From: Lama glama
Lineage: Eukaryota
DNA: 64,000 nt
Assembly (NCBI GenBank): GCA_028534125.1
Contig: CM052818.1
Location: forward strand, 39,806,001 to 39,870,000
Direction: 5' to 3'
This document shows, in pieces, positions 12,931-25,084 of the stretch (position 1 is the stretch's first letter; the number at the start of each line of letters is the position of its first letter). Position numbers and translations under genes: made by a program. The notes beneath the pieces were generated by a model. It saw nothing but the letters and a program-made list of their open reading frames with translations, had not been told where the DNA came from and made no database searches.

Positions 12931-13399
12931 GTCAGTGGGACGTAATGTTGTTTCCTGAGGCCCCTCCAGTGCCTCAAGTCTGCTTCAAAAAACAACAGGA
13001 GTAAGGTTTTGAGTTATCTGTGTCTGAGTATTCTCTACGCCACAGCAGTCTACGCCTAAAAGGCTTCCAAGCTGGTTTACAGCTGGTCTGTACAGGCTTT
13101 CTCTGGCCCCTGAACTGGGAAGCTTTATGCAGCATACAAACTGCATGTCTGCGCAGCCCAGTTCTAAATGTCCTGGTTCAGTGGCCCAAGTCAAGGTTAC
13201 TCCGTGTTCTTAGGTTCCCAGGAATCTTTCAGGAGTTTTCAGGGAGAACATTGTTTTGTTATCATTAAAGTTTTGATAAACCACCAGTAATAATTACAGC
13301 AAAGGTTTTTCTTACACAGCACTGATGTATAATGTTGCAAGACCACAGTGTTACCATTTCCATTTTACAGCTGGAGAGAGCGAGCTAGGCTGCTATTAT

Positions 13400-13575
13400 A
13401 CAGTGATGTGGACAGCAGTGGACTGTGAGCCCCTGGTCCCTTCCTGACCCTGCCTTCAATGAGATATGTGACTTTGGGCATGTTCCTTTCTCTTTCTGGG
13501 TCTCTATCTTGTTATGGCACCTATGAGGCTGAACTTGATTTCTGAGTTCTTTTCCAGTTTTGAAATTCTACGACT
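13400..13575 (+). mobile_element. MIR3-like SINE
   Basis: tgtgactttgggcatgttcc core followed by an L3-like tail ttctttccagttttgaaattctacga. Confidence 0.65.
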
Positions 13576-14084
13576 TACTAAGATCAAAACAAGTTGTTTG
13601 TTAATTGATGTTTTATAGATGTCGTGATTCAAAAATGGATTTGAGGCGGCTTACAGGATTAAAATGCACTTAAGCTAGAATGGTTAAAAATAACAAGAGA
13701 ATTGAAAATAATAAAAAGTGATGCAAAAGAGATGCTTTGGGCACCAAGAGTGAGTGAGTCACCAAAGGTCAGTGTTCTGTCTGGAGTCCCACAATCCCAG
13801 GATGTTGCTGCTGAAGTTAATCCGAGACAGCGTGGCTTATCCGTGTAGGTCCCAGCTTGTTAAGTTTCTCCTCCAGAGCATTCTGCAAGTAAGTGTATGC
13901 TTGGAAATCTAGCTTTCTGACCCACAGTTTTGGTGAGTCCAGAGCCTCTGGGCTATTACAACTCAGCCAGGAATGGACCCCAGGTCTCCTGACTTTTTCT
14001 CGGTGCTTTGACCATGGCAGCTGCGTATGGTAACATAGTGCAGGCAGGGATTTGTGGCATATAGCGTTTTTTCATAAACAGGAT

Positions 14085-14215
14085 CTCTCTGATTCTCTTA
14101 ATCTCCTGAAGGATAGGCGGGAAAGGTACTGTAATTCCCATAGTAGATCTGAATGAACAGGCTCAGAAATGTTGAGTATTTTCTCCAGGTTAATGGAGAT
14201 CTGTTAACTCTGGAG
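14085..14215 (-). mobile_element. MIR SINE fragment
   Basis: ttaatctcctg...attcccatagtagatctgaatgaacaggctcagaaatgttgagtattttctccagg. Confidence 0.55.
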
Positions 14216-14689
14216 TGCCTGGTTCTGGCCGTGCACCATCCCTGTGCCCGGGCTCCTGGGGAGCCAAGCGTTCAGTGTTGGTGTGCCAAGAGTCCAAGTC
14301 TCAGGAGGCAAAGTCAAAGCAGCTTGTCCAAGACAGCTCAAGCCACACGTGGCCAAGAGACCCCCGGGAGGACTTTGGGAAGCAGAGTGCTGGGGGCTCC
14401 CCAGCGCTGAACTCTGGCTGCAGATGCCAGGGCTTGAGTCTGAATGCTGTCATCTCAGATGTTACTTTTAACCTCTGTAAATACATAAAACTTCACGTTG
14501 TGTGTTACACAGGTCTTGAGACCAAAGCAGGCTAAACCTCTCTGAGCACATCCAGGGCTTCTCATCAAATTCAGCTGCGGGAAACCCTTGGAAAGGACCA
14601 CCGTGCTACTGAGCACGTCATTAGTCAATCAAGAAGGATTTCCTGAGACAGCAATGTGAGAATTCGATGAGATCGCCTAAGTGACAAGT

Positions 14690-14870
14690 TAGGAGGGCAG
14701 CCTGGTGCGGAGCAAAGACAGGGGCTTCTGAGACATTCAGGAGGAGGTTTGAAGACTGGCCCGATAGTTTATGAGCTGTATAAGCCTGACCAAATCACCC
14801 CACCTCACTAAGCTTCAGTTTATCCATCTATAAAATGGGGAAATTCCTACCTCATTAGGCTTTTGGAAAA
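14690..14870 (+). mobile_element. MIR SINE
   Basis: cacctcactaagcttcagtttatccatctataaaatgggg...cctacctcattagg. Confidence 0.75.
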
Positions 14871-14949
14871 GCACTTGTTTCCTATTAATTTCCTCTCCTT
14901 TGTCCAACATTTAAAAAAGTATAAAGTGACAAGTCATTGATAGTTGTCA

Positions 14950-15400
14950 GTTAATTATTCCTATGTACTTGACACTGTATAAGACAATAGAAGGGGTGGG
15001 AAAGAGGGTGACATGGTCACCTTTCTCTGTGCAGAGACAAGATTATCCAACAAACACAGCAGGATGTGGGGAGGGGATGTGACTGAGGGTTTCTCAGCTT
15101 ACAAGAGCTTCTTGGACAAGATGGAGATGGATCTTGTTGGGTGGGTGAGAGTGTACACTACCGGGGCAGTCAGGGATTCCAGGTGAGAGGGGCAGCGGAA
15201 GCAAAGGCTGGGATGTTTGTAGGGCAGCACAAAGACTACTCTGACCAGAGCAGACAGGAAATAAAGGAAAATAATGATAAATAGTGTTCATCGGGTGAAG
15301 CAGCAAGAGCAGTTAACAACCTTAGACGTGTTACACTATCTGGTATGGGATGCTTTAAGCTTTTTCAGTGGAAGAGTGATAGGACTGGAGGCTGGAACTG
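14950..15400 (-). mobile_element. L2 LINE fragment
   Basis: ctatgtacttgacactg...gacatggtcacc...ggattccaggtgagaggggcagcggaagcaaaggctggg...gaagagtgatagg. Confidence 0.6.
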
Positions 15401-15679
15401 TGTCTTCTTTTTTGTATCAAATTATTATAAAATGTTTAGCTTAGGGCCTGGTGTTTGAGTATGCTCAATAGTCACGTATGGAGGAATAAACCGGTGTTTA
15501 TACAGACTCAGTCTGGCAATAGTGTGTGTGATGTTGAAAACTCTTTCAAACCCCGCCGCTCCCACCAGGTATCAAACGACTGAACGCAGCCAATGGAAGC
15601 AGCTAATGAGGACAGGCTGGATTTTTGTTTCCACATTGATTCAGGCTCGCTGCAAATGACTCCATTTGTTTCCCTTAGG

Positions 15680-16225
15680 TTTTTAACTTGTGTTTTCTAA
15701 AATACAAGAATGTACACGCTGGTTGAAAAAATACTAACACTACAGAAAGTGTATCTTACCGACTATTTTGTTGGACTGAAAATACATGCGTAACATCCAC
15801 TATCTATACATATATGGTCCTTTTAATAAATTTTGTTGAGGGATAACTTCTATACAATAAAATGTACCAATTTTAAGTTCAGTGTTTCATGAGTTTTAAC
15901 AAATATATACACCTCAGTCCTACATAGCTGTAAAACACTGGCCTGAGATCACACAGTACGTACTATTCTGAGACTTGTTCAGGCATTCACAATGTGTCAT
16001 GAATATTTTGTTTTCGATGACACTGACCTCTTTTTAAATTATTGCATAGTTCCCTGGTATGGATACCTTTAGTTTATTGAACTATTTCCTTATAGACAGA
16101 TAGATATATTCCCTTCATATTTCACAATTCAAACGGAGTAATGAAGATCTTTTTACATTTGTCTTTGATGCACTTTAACATGTATTTCTATAGACTGGAA
16201 TTTTTTGGTTAAAATCTTTGAATCT
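15680..16225 (-). mobile_element. Old L1 (L1MB/MC/ME-type) 3' fragments
   Basis: ttttgttgagggataacttctatacaataaaatgtaccaattttaag...atgagttttaacaaatatatacacc; attgcatagttcc...tagtttattgaactatttcct. Confidence 0.65.
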
Positions 16226-16250
16226 AAAAAAAAAAGAGAGAGAGAGATTA

Positions 16251-16710
16251 CGAGTATCCTTGGAGATATTGCAGATTTGGTTCCGGACCACTGCAATAAA
16301 GCAAATATTGCAATAAAGTGAGTCACAGGAATTTTTTGACTTCCCAGTACACATAAGTTATGTTTACACTATAAACAACATCCATACCTTCCTTAAAAAA
16401 TGCTTAATTGCTTAAAAATGCTAACCATCATCTGAACCTTCAGTGAAGCATAATCTTTTTGCAATAATAACATCAAAGATCACTGATCCCAGATCACCAT
16501 AACAAATATAAAAATGAAAAAGTTTGAAATATTGCAAGAATTACCAAAACGTGACACAGAGACATACCTGAAGTGAGCAAATGCTGTTTGAAAAAATGGC
16601 ACCTAAAGACTTGCTCAACTATGCAGGGTTGCCACAAACCTTCAATTTATAAAAAAATGCAGTATTTGCAAAGTGTATAAAGCAAAATGCAATAAAACAA
16701 GGTCTGCCTG
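16251..16710 (-). mobile_element. Internally deleted Tigger1 DNA transposon (Tigger1a_Art-like MITE, TcMar-Tigger)
   Basis: both Tigger1 ends are present (cttggagatattgcagatttggttccggaccactgcaataaagc... and ...gcaataaaacaaggtctgcctg); TA target duplications at 16249-16250 and 16711-16712; no transposase. Confidence 0.92.
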
Positions 16711-16712
16711 TA

Positions 16713-16995
16713 TAACAATTTAAGCTCCCATAGTATAAGAACATGCCCTTTTTCCAAAGCGTTTTCAGTTTGAAGGTTATCAGACTTTACAAGTTCTGCC
16801 AATCTGAGAGGTGAAAAATGATAGCATGTTGTCTTAATTTGCATTTCCCAAATTGCTGAAGAAGAGGAGCATTGTATTTTTGTTTGTTGTTCATCTGCTT
16901 TTCATCTGTGAATTAACTTATATCTTGTCTATTTGCTACCTGTTTTTCTTTTTCTTACTGATTTATAGGAAGTCTTTTCATATTAGGTCTTTTTC
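16713..16995 (-). mobile_element. Old L1 (L1ME-like) ORF2 C-terminal remnant
   Basis: ORF 16844..16647 begins MQIKTTCYHFSPLRLA...W.LKL, resembling the L1 ORF2 C-terminus MQIKTTMRYHLTPVRMA...WDCKL. Confidence 0.85.
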
Positions 16996-17039
16996 CTCCC
17001 ACTATGCACCCAAGTTAGTAAGTGAAAGGCTGTCCTAGA

Positions 17040-17205
17040 GCAGTGCTGCTCAGAGCTTAGTGTGCCAGACCATCATGTGGGGATCTGGTTTAAACAGAGA
17101 ATCTGCTTCAGAGCGTCAGAGAACGGGCCTGAGAATCTGCCCCAAGCTCCCTGGGGCTTCCAATGCTGCTGGTCCACACACCATACTTTGACCAACAAAG
17201 TGTTA
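17040..17205. mobile_element. MER5A/B (hAT-Charlie) MITE
   Basis: cagtgctgctcag...gggcctgagaatctgc...caagctccc...atgctgctggtccacacaccatactttga. Confidence 0.8.
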
Positions 17206-17394
17206 GGGTTTATGAGTTTTTTGGGGGTAAGAGTCCATCATGCTCAAGGAACAATATGTGGTAGATTTTTCCTTTGTTAAATAAAAGCACTGGGAATGAT
17301 CTAATGAAAGTGATCAGTGTGGAAAAAAGAAGCCAGCGTAGCTGGGGAAAATGACTGGAGTCATAGTCTTTCCAGGGAGCTCATGGGTGCTGAT

Positions 17395-17555
17395 GTGGTT
17401 GGCTTTTGAGTTTTGAGTTAAGTCCCAGCTCTACTTACCTTTAGGTCACTTGGCTTTCAATTTCCATCTTGAGAATTGAAAAAAAAAACAGTAACCTCTG
17501 CTCTGATTATTATAAAAGCTTTTTTTGAAGATCAAAGGAGAATTATTGATATAAT
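17395..17555 (+). mobile_element. MIR SINE fragment
   Basis: tgagttaagtcccagctctacttacc...tcaatttccatcttgagaattg. Confidence 0.6.
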
Positions 17556-17959
17556 TGATATAATGATATATTTGTGGCCTGTGACAAGCTAGAACATGGT
17601 AGGTATTGTACCCATCCAGGCAAAGCCTCTGGGAGGCCATGAGCATCCCGTCTGGCCAGTGTTTGCGGGGAAGGCAGAGTGCTTGGCAGAGTTTTGTATT
17701 GCTCCCCAAATTCTTGCTTAGACAAACTGTCTGCCTTTGAGTTTGGATCATTAGAAGTGTGTCTGAATCACTTTGGACTTGAGTTTTACAGTCGGGAACC
17801 ATTTCAGAATCCCCTGAATGTTTATCTGTGGCAAGTGTCAGGTGCTGAAATCCGCTGGGTCATTGTCGTCCAGTTGTCTGGGACACACACACCCTAATAC
17901 AATATAATACAAATACAAATATATACAATAAGATAGGGATTATTGAAAGTATGGATTTT

Positions 17960-18350
17960 TCCAGTTGGCTCCAGTTCCAGTCCGACAGTGGCTAGCTTTT
18001 TATGAGAGGTGTTTCCTTTTCCTCTGAACACACTGCTAGGCAATATTCTGACTGCCTTTGCAATGAATGGGAGTCACGTGTGTCATTCTGGGCTTAGGTT
18101 TCTAAGAAGTGGATTTGGCTTTTCTGCTCTCTGACCCTGTGTCTCCTGGCTCAACACAGTTTCCATGGTCCTAGTAGAGAACTGTGCATATGAGCAAAGA
18201 TCATGAGTCCCTGGATCTCATGTGGAAGGCCTGCCACCAATCTGTGCCACCTATTTTGGATTTTATGGGAGAAAGTTATTTATTTATTGTGTTTGGCACA
18301 TTATACATTTGGGGGCTTGCTCACAGTAGCAGAGTTACCCTACTAATGCA
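17960..18350 (+). mobile_element. MLT1 (MaLR) solo LTR, H/I/J-type
   Basis: gagtccctggatctcatgtggaagg...ttattgtgtttggcac...atttgggggcttgctcacagtagc...ccctactaatgca, a MaLR LTR 3' end. Confidence 0.7.
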
Positions 18351-20487
18351 CTCTAATTCACATAGATCATTGAGGTACTTCGCAATAAATATCTAGCATA
18401 AACACTTCAATTCCCCGTGTAACCTACTAGAGATTACACAGGACAGATAAATAAAAGAGGAAAGGTGAGTGTGATGACCCGATGAATACGGTTGGAGAGT
18501 CTTTGAGGAGGAGAGTCTTTGACACATGGGGAAACTTCCAATTGTGCTTAATTTCAAAACTTCATTGACTTTTTATTAATAATTGTCATGAAGCTTGGAA
18601 ATCAGGCAGTGAGAAACAGTTAAGTGTTTCATGTGACGATCCCCCACCCCCTCTCCCTTTAATTCCTTTCTTGCTGCTCAGGCCTGGAACAGGATGGCTA
18701 TTTTTTGGAGAATGAAAATGGAGTGAAAGTCCTGTAATGTTTCTGTTTGATGTTTTTGGCAGTGATGACGAAAATTCTAGACTGAAATGATATTGTATGA
18801 AGTCTGGACCAATTGCCTTGTTAAAGTCAAATGAATTTCCTCCCTTTTCGCTGTCTGGATCAATTCTTGGAGGACTTAGTCAGAGAATTTGGTCCCTCAG
18901 TTGAAGCAACATATTGTACTGATAACAGGCAAAAGTGCAGTCTGATTGGACTCCACAGGCCTTTCCAACTCACTGCTCGTGTGAGCATTAGAGGGCTTTT
19001 GCAAAATAAATAGAACTCACCAAGGTCTGCTAAGAAGGGTTCCAGATTCTGCTGACCAAAAGTGGAATGTTTAGTATTCCACAGTAAAAGAAGAAAAAGG
19101 GAAAAAAAAGGAACTGTGGAATTCTGAATTCCACCTGTTAAATTATTTGTCCTTCTAATAGAAGCAGGAATGAAAGGCGTGTGTTCAACATCATTTTGGA
19201 CCCATTTTCTGTGGCGGGAAACCAAGGTAAACACATTTTTCCTGATGTAATTGTTGATGTTAGTTCAGCTCATATGATGCAGGCATAGCTGTGTGAACCG
19301 TTTTATTTGGACCCGTCCTCGGCTGGAGTTGGACATGCTAGTGGGAAGCCTGGTCTGTGGGGGCCCTGGACGGCTTAGGGAGCACTCAGGCCCGGGCATC
19401 GCTGCCGTGAGGGTGCCTTTTGGGTTCCTGACCTCAGGCCTCGTTTCTCTGCTTGTGTGTTTGGGAACATTCAGCTCATCTCCTCACTTGGGTTAGACCT
19501 GATGTCTTATTTGGCTTGTTCTAGGGAATTCTCATTCCACTTTTCTAGTTTTACTTAGATGTGGTTCTATTCTAAATACTAGTTTTTTTCTTTTAATTCT
19601 CTCTTTTTATCTTTGGCTCTCTCTTTTTCTTTATTCTCTCTGCCCTTCACCCTTTGACCCCTACCAACCGATGTTAATAACCTAGAACGTTTTCTTTCCC
19701 ATTTCCACTCATGCTTGTGTATTTATGTACAAACACATATGTGCATACATATTTTCACTTTTTAGGGTCATTTTTTAAACCCTCCTTTCTTTCTTCTTCT
19801 GGTTTAACAATAGTTCCCAGGGTAGCCTGTGATACGGGGTTTAGTTCTTAGGCTAGCCTCCCCAATCACATGTAGCCGACGGTTCATTTCTTCATTTGTT
19901 TTTCCCACTTTTTTTGGGGGGGGGATAACGAAGAACAGACAGGGGCATCTTGAGCAGCCTGGAGGGAGTAGACCCTGTGAATACCACTGGGCTCACTGCA
20001 TCATCTCTGGAAGAACATGTTCCGAGTCCCACCTCGGGATGATTCAAATCCTACATGTCTGCCCCCTGCTCCGTTGGAAGGAGATCTGGCACAGGGGCAG
20101 GGGAAGTGGGGGCAGAATTAGTGGGGCTCTGCTGCAGGGGGTGGGACAATGATGGGGTCCTGCCCAAGGGATCTTGGACAACTGTGAAGGTGAAAGAGGT
20201 CGGATGGGCAACGGCTGTTGAGTTTGAGTTGCTTGGAAGTCTCTGTTTGCAAGTGAGGTGCCAGTAACAAGGAGGATGCATTGCTTGTATAGTTACTTAG
20301 CATGTGTGACAATAAGTGTGCAGAGGGCACGGCTGTCTCTCCCAGTGCTTATGCTTTTCCTGTGCACAGAACACAATGCTGGTCACGGAGGCATTAATTT
20401 AAGTGGGGTGCTGCTGACCAGAGGAATTAAAATAAAATTGTGAATGAACATTTACATATGATACTACATCCCCAATGGACTTTTTTT

Positions 20488-20987
20488 NNNNNNNNNNNNN
20501 NNNNNNNNNNNNNNNNNNNNNNNNNNNNNNNNNNNNNNNNNNNNNNNNNNNNNNNNNNNNNNNNNNNNNNNNNNNNNNNNNNNNNNNNNNNNNNNNNNNN
20601 NNNNNNNNNNNNNNNNNNNNNNNNNNNNNNNNNNNNNNNNNNNNNNNNNNNNNNNNNNNNNNNNNNNNNNNNNNNNNNNNNNNNNNNNNNNNNNNNNNNN
20701 NNNNNNNNNNNNNNNNNNNNNNNNNNNNNNNNNNNNNNNNNNNNNNNNNNNNNNNNNNNNNNNNNNNNNNNNNNNNNNNNNNNNNNNNNNNNNNNNNNNN
20801 NNNNNNNNNNNNNNNNNNNNNNNNNNNNNNNNNNNNNNNNNNNNNNNNNNNNNNNNNNNNNNNNNNNNNNNNNNNNNNNNNNNNNNNNNNNNNNNNNNNN
20901 NNNNNNNNNNNNNNNNNNNNNNNNNNNNNNNNNNNNNNNNNNNNNNNNNNNNNNNNNNNNNNNNNNNNNNNNNNNNNNNNNNNNNNN
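20488..20987. other. Assembly gap (500 N)
   Basis: exactly 500 N, a round placeholder size typical of scaffolding. Confidence 0.99.
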
Positions 20988-21801
20988 GAGTTCTCTGAGA
21001 GACCAGAGCAGAAAGATCCTATCTACCTTGGGTTGTAAACAAGTCTCAGTCCTGCCTAGGAGGTTGTGGAGTTCCTGGGTGCGGATTCAGGTCTCGGCCC
21101 CGCCCCTGCCCAGGCGCTGCACACAGGAGGAGATGGTGGCTGTGGCTGCACCCCACCTCTCTTCTCACAAGAAGCGCCAGTAATGGCGGCACAGGTCTGA
21201 GGAGACAAAGACTATGGCACCCCTCGCCCCAGGGCATGCCAGACGTGTTGCTTTGCTTTTTTCACAATTTATGGGGGACCGAGGTTGTTCTGCTCCGTAT
21301 CCCCTCCTGGCCATGGCGCGCAGCCCCCTGCAGTCCCCCAGGGCTGCCTCAGTGCAACTGTCCAGTCCTCCGCCCAGCTTGAGTGGCCTGTCCCAGATCC
21401 AGCTGCTGGCTTGCGTCTTGGGCTGGGTGTTGCAGGGACCCTTTGTGCCCATTTAACTTCTGTTGGTCAAGGGGTGCTCGGGCAGATCTGAGCCTCAGAG
21501 GCTCCCCTCCTGTCCTGCTGGCCTCTCCTTTGGAGAGGGGGAGACCCAGCGAACGAGCGCCAGTCCTCCTTTGCTGCTCCCTCCCCGCGGGATCAGTCTC
21601 GCACTGTTTTGCTTTTTCTTCTTTCTTTTTTCCTTTTCTCCTACCAGATTTTTGGCATCTTTGTCTTCTGAAGAGGGCAATGTTCTGTCGGAGTTCGGCA
21701 GGTGCTCTGGTTGGCTGAATAGGTCCGTAGATGTGAGTTTTGGTGTATTTGTGGGAGAGGGTGAGCTACAAGCGTCCTTCTACTCCACCATCTTGCTTCT
21801 C
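20988..21801 (-). mobile_element. Young L1 5' UTR / internal promoter (camelid L1-type), cut off by the gap
   Basis: reverse strand begins gagaagcAAGATGGTGGagtagaaggacgcttgtagctcaccctctcccacaaatacacc, a YY1-type motif and laurasiatherian L1 5' end; GC/CpG-rich. Confidence 0.8.
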
Positions 21802-22184
21802 TATATCTACATCTCTTTTTCTGGGCAGTGTTGAATTGTGTTTGTTCAAGTATAACACCATTTCCTTCTAGGTGGGTTGATTAAGAAAGCTTTCTATCTA
21901 TGGGCTGACCCATTTTGTCCCTCTCTTACAATATGCTAAGCATATTGGGCGTATGGATAAAAATCGCTTTTAATTTTTCCTTTTCTTCTTCTTCTTATGG
22001 GAGCATCTAGTGGCATTCATCTGTCATTTTATGTTGCAGGCTTGTGACTGAGGAAGGGAGAAAGGGGAATTTGGGACTGATGGGAACCATGATCAGTGAG
22101 GCGCTCATTTTTGCACAGAAGGCATTGCTTTTGTATCCCTTGCATCGCACATTCAGCTGCTCTTTGCCAATGGTGTCCACTTAT

Positions 22185-22300
22185 TTTACAACAACTGTGT
22201 GCAGAGAGTAGAGATCATTGTCCACATTGAATAGATGAGAAGGGAGAGGCCCAGAGGGTTAAATGAACACATCAAGGTCTTGCCTAAGTATCAGCTGTAG
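22185..22300 (-). mobile_element. MIR SINE fragment
   Basis: cattgtccacattgaatagatgagaagggagaggcccagagggttaaatgaac. Confidence 0.7.
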
Positions 22301-23759
22301 GCATGAGCACTCACTGAATAATTTTTCCCAAAGCACCCCCTTCCCCAGAAGTCCTTCCCAATGTGATCCATCCTGAAGGGCAGCCTCGAGGCTGAAGTAA
22401 CTCGATAGTAGATGGCAGTCTTCCAGGGAGTCACTGGTTTCCCTGAGTCTCAAGTTCCTTGCTTGTGTGAATATGAAAGTAAACTGAGTGGATATTGCAA
22501 CACTGGGTTATCACTCATATGGTAACATGCATGGGAAAATATCTCCCCTGCACAGATTAATTAAGAACCGATCCTTTGGAATCCTGTGCCTTGGAATGAA
22601 TTGTGGGTGGTTTCTGTGAAGTTAAAGGGACAGAGACTGTTTTTTTGTGGTTGCTAACTGGAAACGTAGAGTGTAAGTGGACAGTACAGCTGCCTTTGTT
22701 AGAACGCAGGTTGTTTTTAATGAATGCCACATTAAGCATCTGACCACAGCATTCTCCCCCAGTTCGATGATGTCTGTAGGCATTGCAGCCTAGAATTCTC
22801 CAAATTACTCCTGAGTTGTGCCAGATGCAGCAGTGACTGAGGACTGTTTGCTGGAGGCAGCTGGAATAACAGGAACCTCATCAGTCAGCTGAGGAAGGGT
22901 GGACAGAAGATTGAGGTATAAAGGTAAAGTCTGATTCCAGGCTAGTTCCGGAGCTCACCTGGCAGGGACTGGGGAGGAAAAATTTACTCCCTGCAACTCA
23001 GCTAACCAGTCCTCATGGCCCAGACAAAGGGAAATGCTTCTGACTTCACGTGGCCAGGCTTTGCAGGAGCCTAGACCCAAGGGCACCCATCGTCATTTCC
23101 CTTCCCCAGTCCAGGAGCCCACGTGGCACGGGGACATCACGCCAGTTGTCTAAGGCATTGGGACTCAAGACCCTGCAGCTGCCGTTCTGGCCTCTAGGAG
23201 GGTGTCTCAGTTTTGCAGTGATAGTTTGACATGAATTTAAAGTAGAAAAGGGTGATTGATTTTTATGTCAAATCAGAGAAGACTCACTTTGCACTTATCA
23301 CTGAGAAATAGAAGTCAAAGGAAGAGGAACTGTTAAGTAACCATTACACACACAGTAAATCCTACTGATTTGAATCAATGAAGTGGGATTGGCCTGATTA
23401 TAAAGTGTTTAACAAGAAATGCATCTTGATATATTTAAGACGCAGTCAGGGTTGGATAGGTACAAGAAAGGTATATAGTGAAAAGTAAACTGAGTTATTA
23501 AAACTTCTTCTCAATGCTTTAAAATGTTTATTTTTAAGTAGATAAAACATATGACATACTGGCTAATTTACACTATTAATTTACTTTTCAAGTAGCTAAT
23601 GCAAAGATAAAATCTAGCCTGGCTTTTGGCCAAATAATCAGAAATTCTAATTAGGGGAATCTGGATCAAGCACAATATGGTATATGAAGAAAGGAGGGTG
23701 TGTCATTTGAGTGGGTCCAGACCTAGGGCTCTGCAGTCAAGATAAGCATAAACAATTCA

Positions 23760-24430
23760 AATTCTGCATATTAATGACAGCTCAGTGTCACACTATGAGG
23801 GTGCAGAAGTGAAGCAAACAGACCATGCCTTTGCAGAGAATATATGTACCTGTAATATAAGTCATCTGTGGTTAGCATAGTAACAATGGGAGGGGTAAGA
23901 TGATTTGGCCAGCCTTGGATGCTAAACTGAGGAGGCAATGAGGAGCCATGGAAAGTTTCTGAGCACTAGAATAACATGACCAGAGCTCTGTTTTAAGAGT
24001 AGCTACACAGGTAGTAATTTGAAGAGATAGTTAGGGAACGTCTGTGTAGTTTGGATGAGAAGCCTGGTCCAAGAGTTATAAACTATGATGGTTTATTGGA
24101 TGTGAAGAGGGGAAAAAATTCTCAAAAGGGGCTCTGAGATTTCCTGACTGGGAGACATGGAATGATGGTAACAGGGTCAGTTTGGTGTGGGGGGACCACT
24201 TTGAAGACTGAGTATTGGACTTTGATTTTGGACATTTGATTGTGAGTCTTTGTGGATTATGCAGTTGGAGATGTTGAGTTGATATATGGTCTTGAGCTGG
24301 ATGAAGCTGAATCTAAATTACAAATTTGAGTCAACTGCATAGAGGTAAGATCTGAATGTGGGGATTGGATAGAGGGAGAGAATGGATATAAGCAAATATT
24401 TTAGGTCTGAACCTTGGGTAATGAATCCTA
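23760..24430 (-). mobile_element. L2 LINE fragment
   Basis: ggcaatgaggagccatggaaagtttctgagc...ataacatgaccagagctctgtttt...gattttggacatttgattgtgag...gttggagatgttgagt. Confidence 0.75.
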
Positions 24431-25084
24431 TGGTTAGAAATTGGCACATGTGGTCTGTGTTTCCTCTGTACCTCCAATCCCAAGGAGTATAGCTCTAGCT
24501 GAAGTGGCTAAGGGTAAAGATGGGACAATGGAGTATTCTTGTAAAGAATTATGCCATTACACCATGCAGCCAATAATTAGGTTTTTGCTATGTTGACAGG
24601 TTATCTTTAAATTATAATAAAAGTGATCCTATTGGCCATTCCCAGTCTTCGCTTTTCTTTTCTTTAGCTCTGTTGTAAATGCATTTTTGGCTCCTAATTT
24701 GCTGTTAGAAATTTCCTGTGTAGTTTGGGGCTGAGAGTTAGGGGAACAGGTTTTGGGATTTGAAGCCCAAACACTGCTTCCTATAGGACACCTAAATTAA
24801 TTTAGGGGTCAAAGGATATCTGGTGGAAATATCAAGAGCAACCTAGCCTTTTATTTCTATGTGAAGCAAAAGAAAAGCACATCTGCAGTTCCTTTCAGGG
24901 TAGCCAGATTCTACTATTGATTGAGAACATTAATATACCAACCTCAGAATCAGTTTCTGAAATAAATATCTGAAAAGATAAGCATGTTTAACTGCAAAAG
25001 ATGTCCAGAATATGAGATGCACTACAGCAAAACCAAGAACCCAGATCAAGTATTAAAACAACAAAATGAGAAAGTTTTATTGAC

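Noticed and set aside
20440..21183. Longest ORFs in the track (247 and 187 aa)
   Set aside because: Artefacts of translating through the 500-N gap
21165..21834. Cluster of overlapping GC-rich ORFs resembling a gene or pseudogene
   Set aside because: They lie inside an L1 5' UTR; high GC explains the scarcity of stops; no recognisable protein
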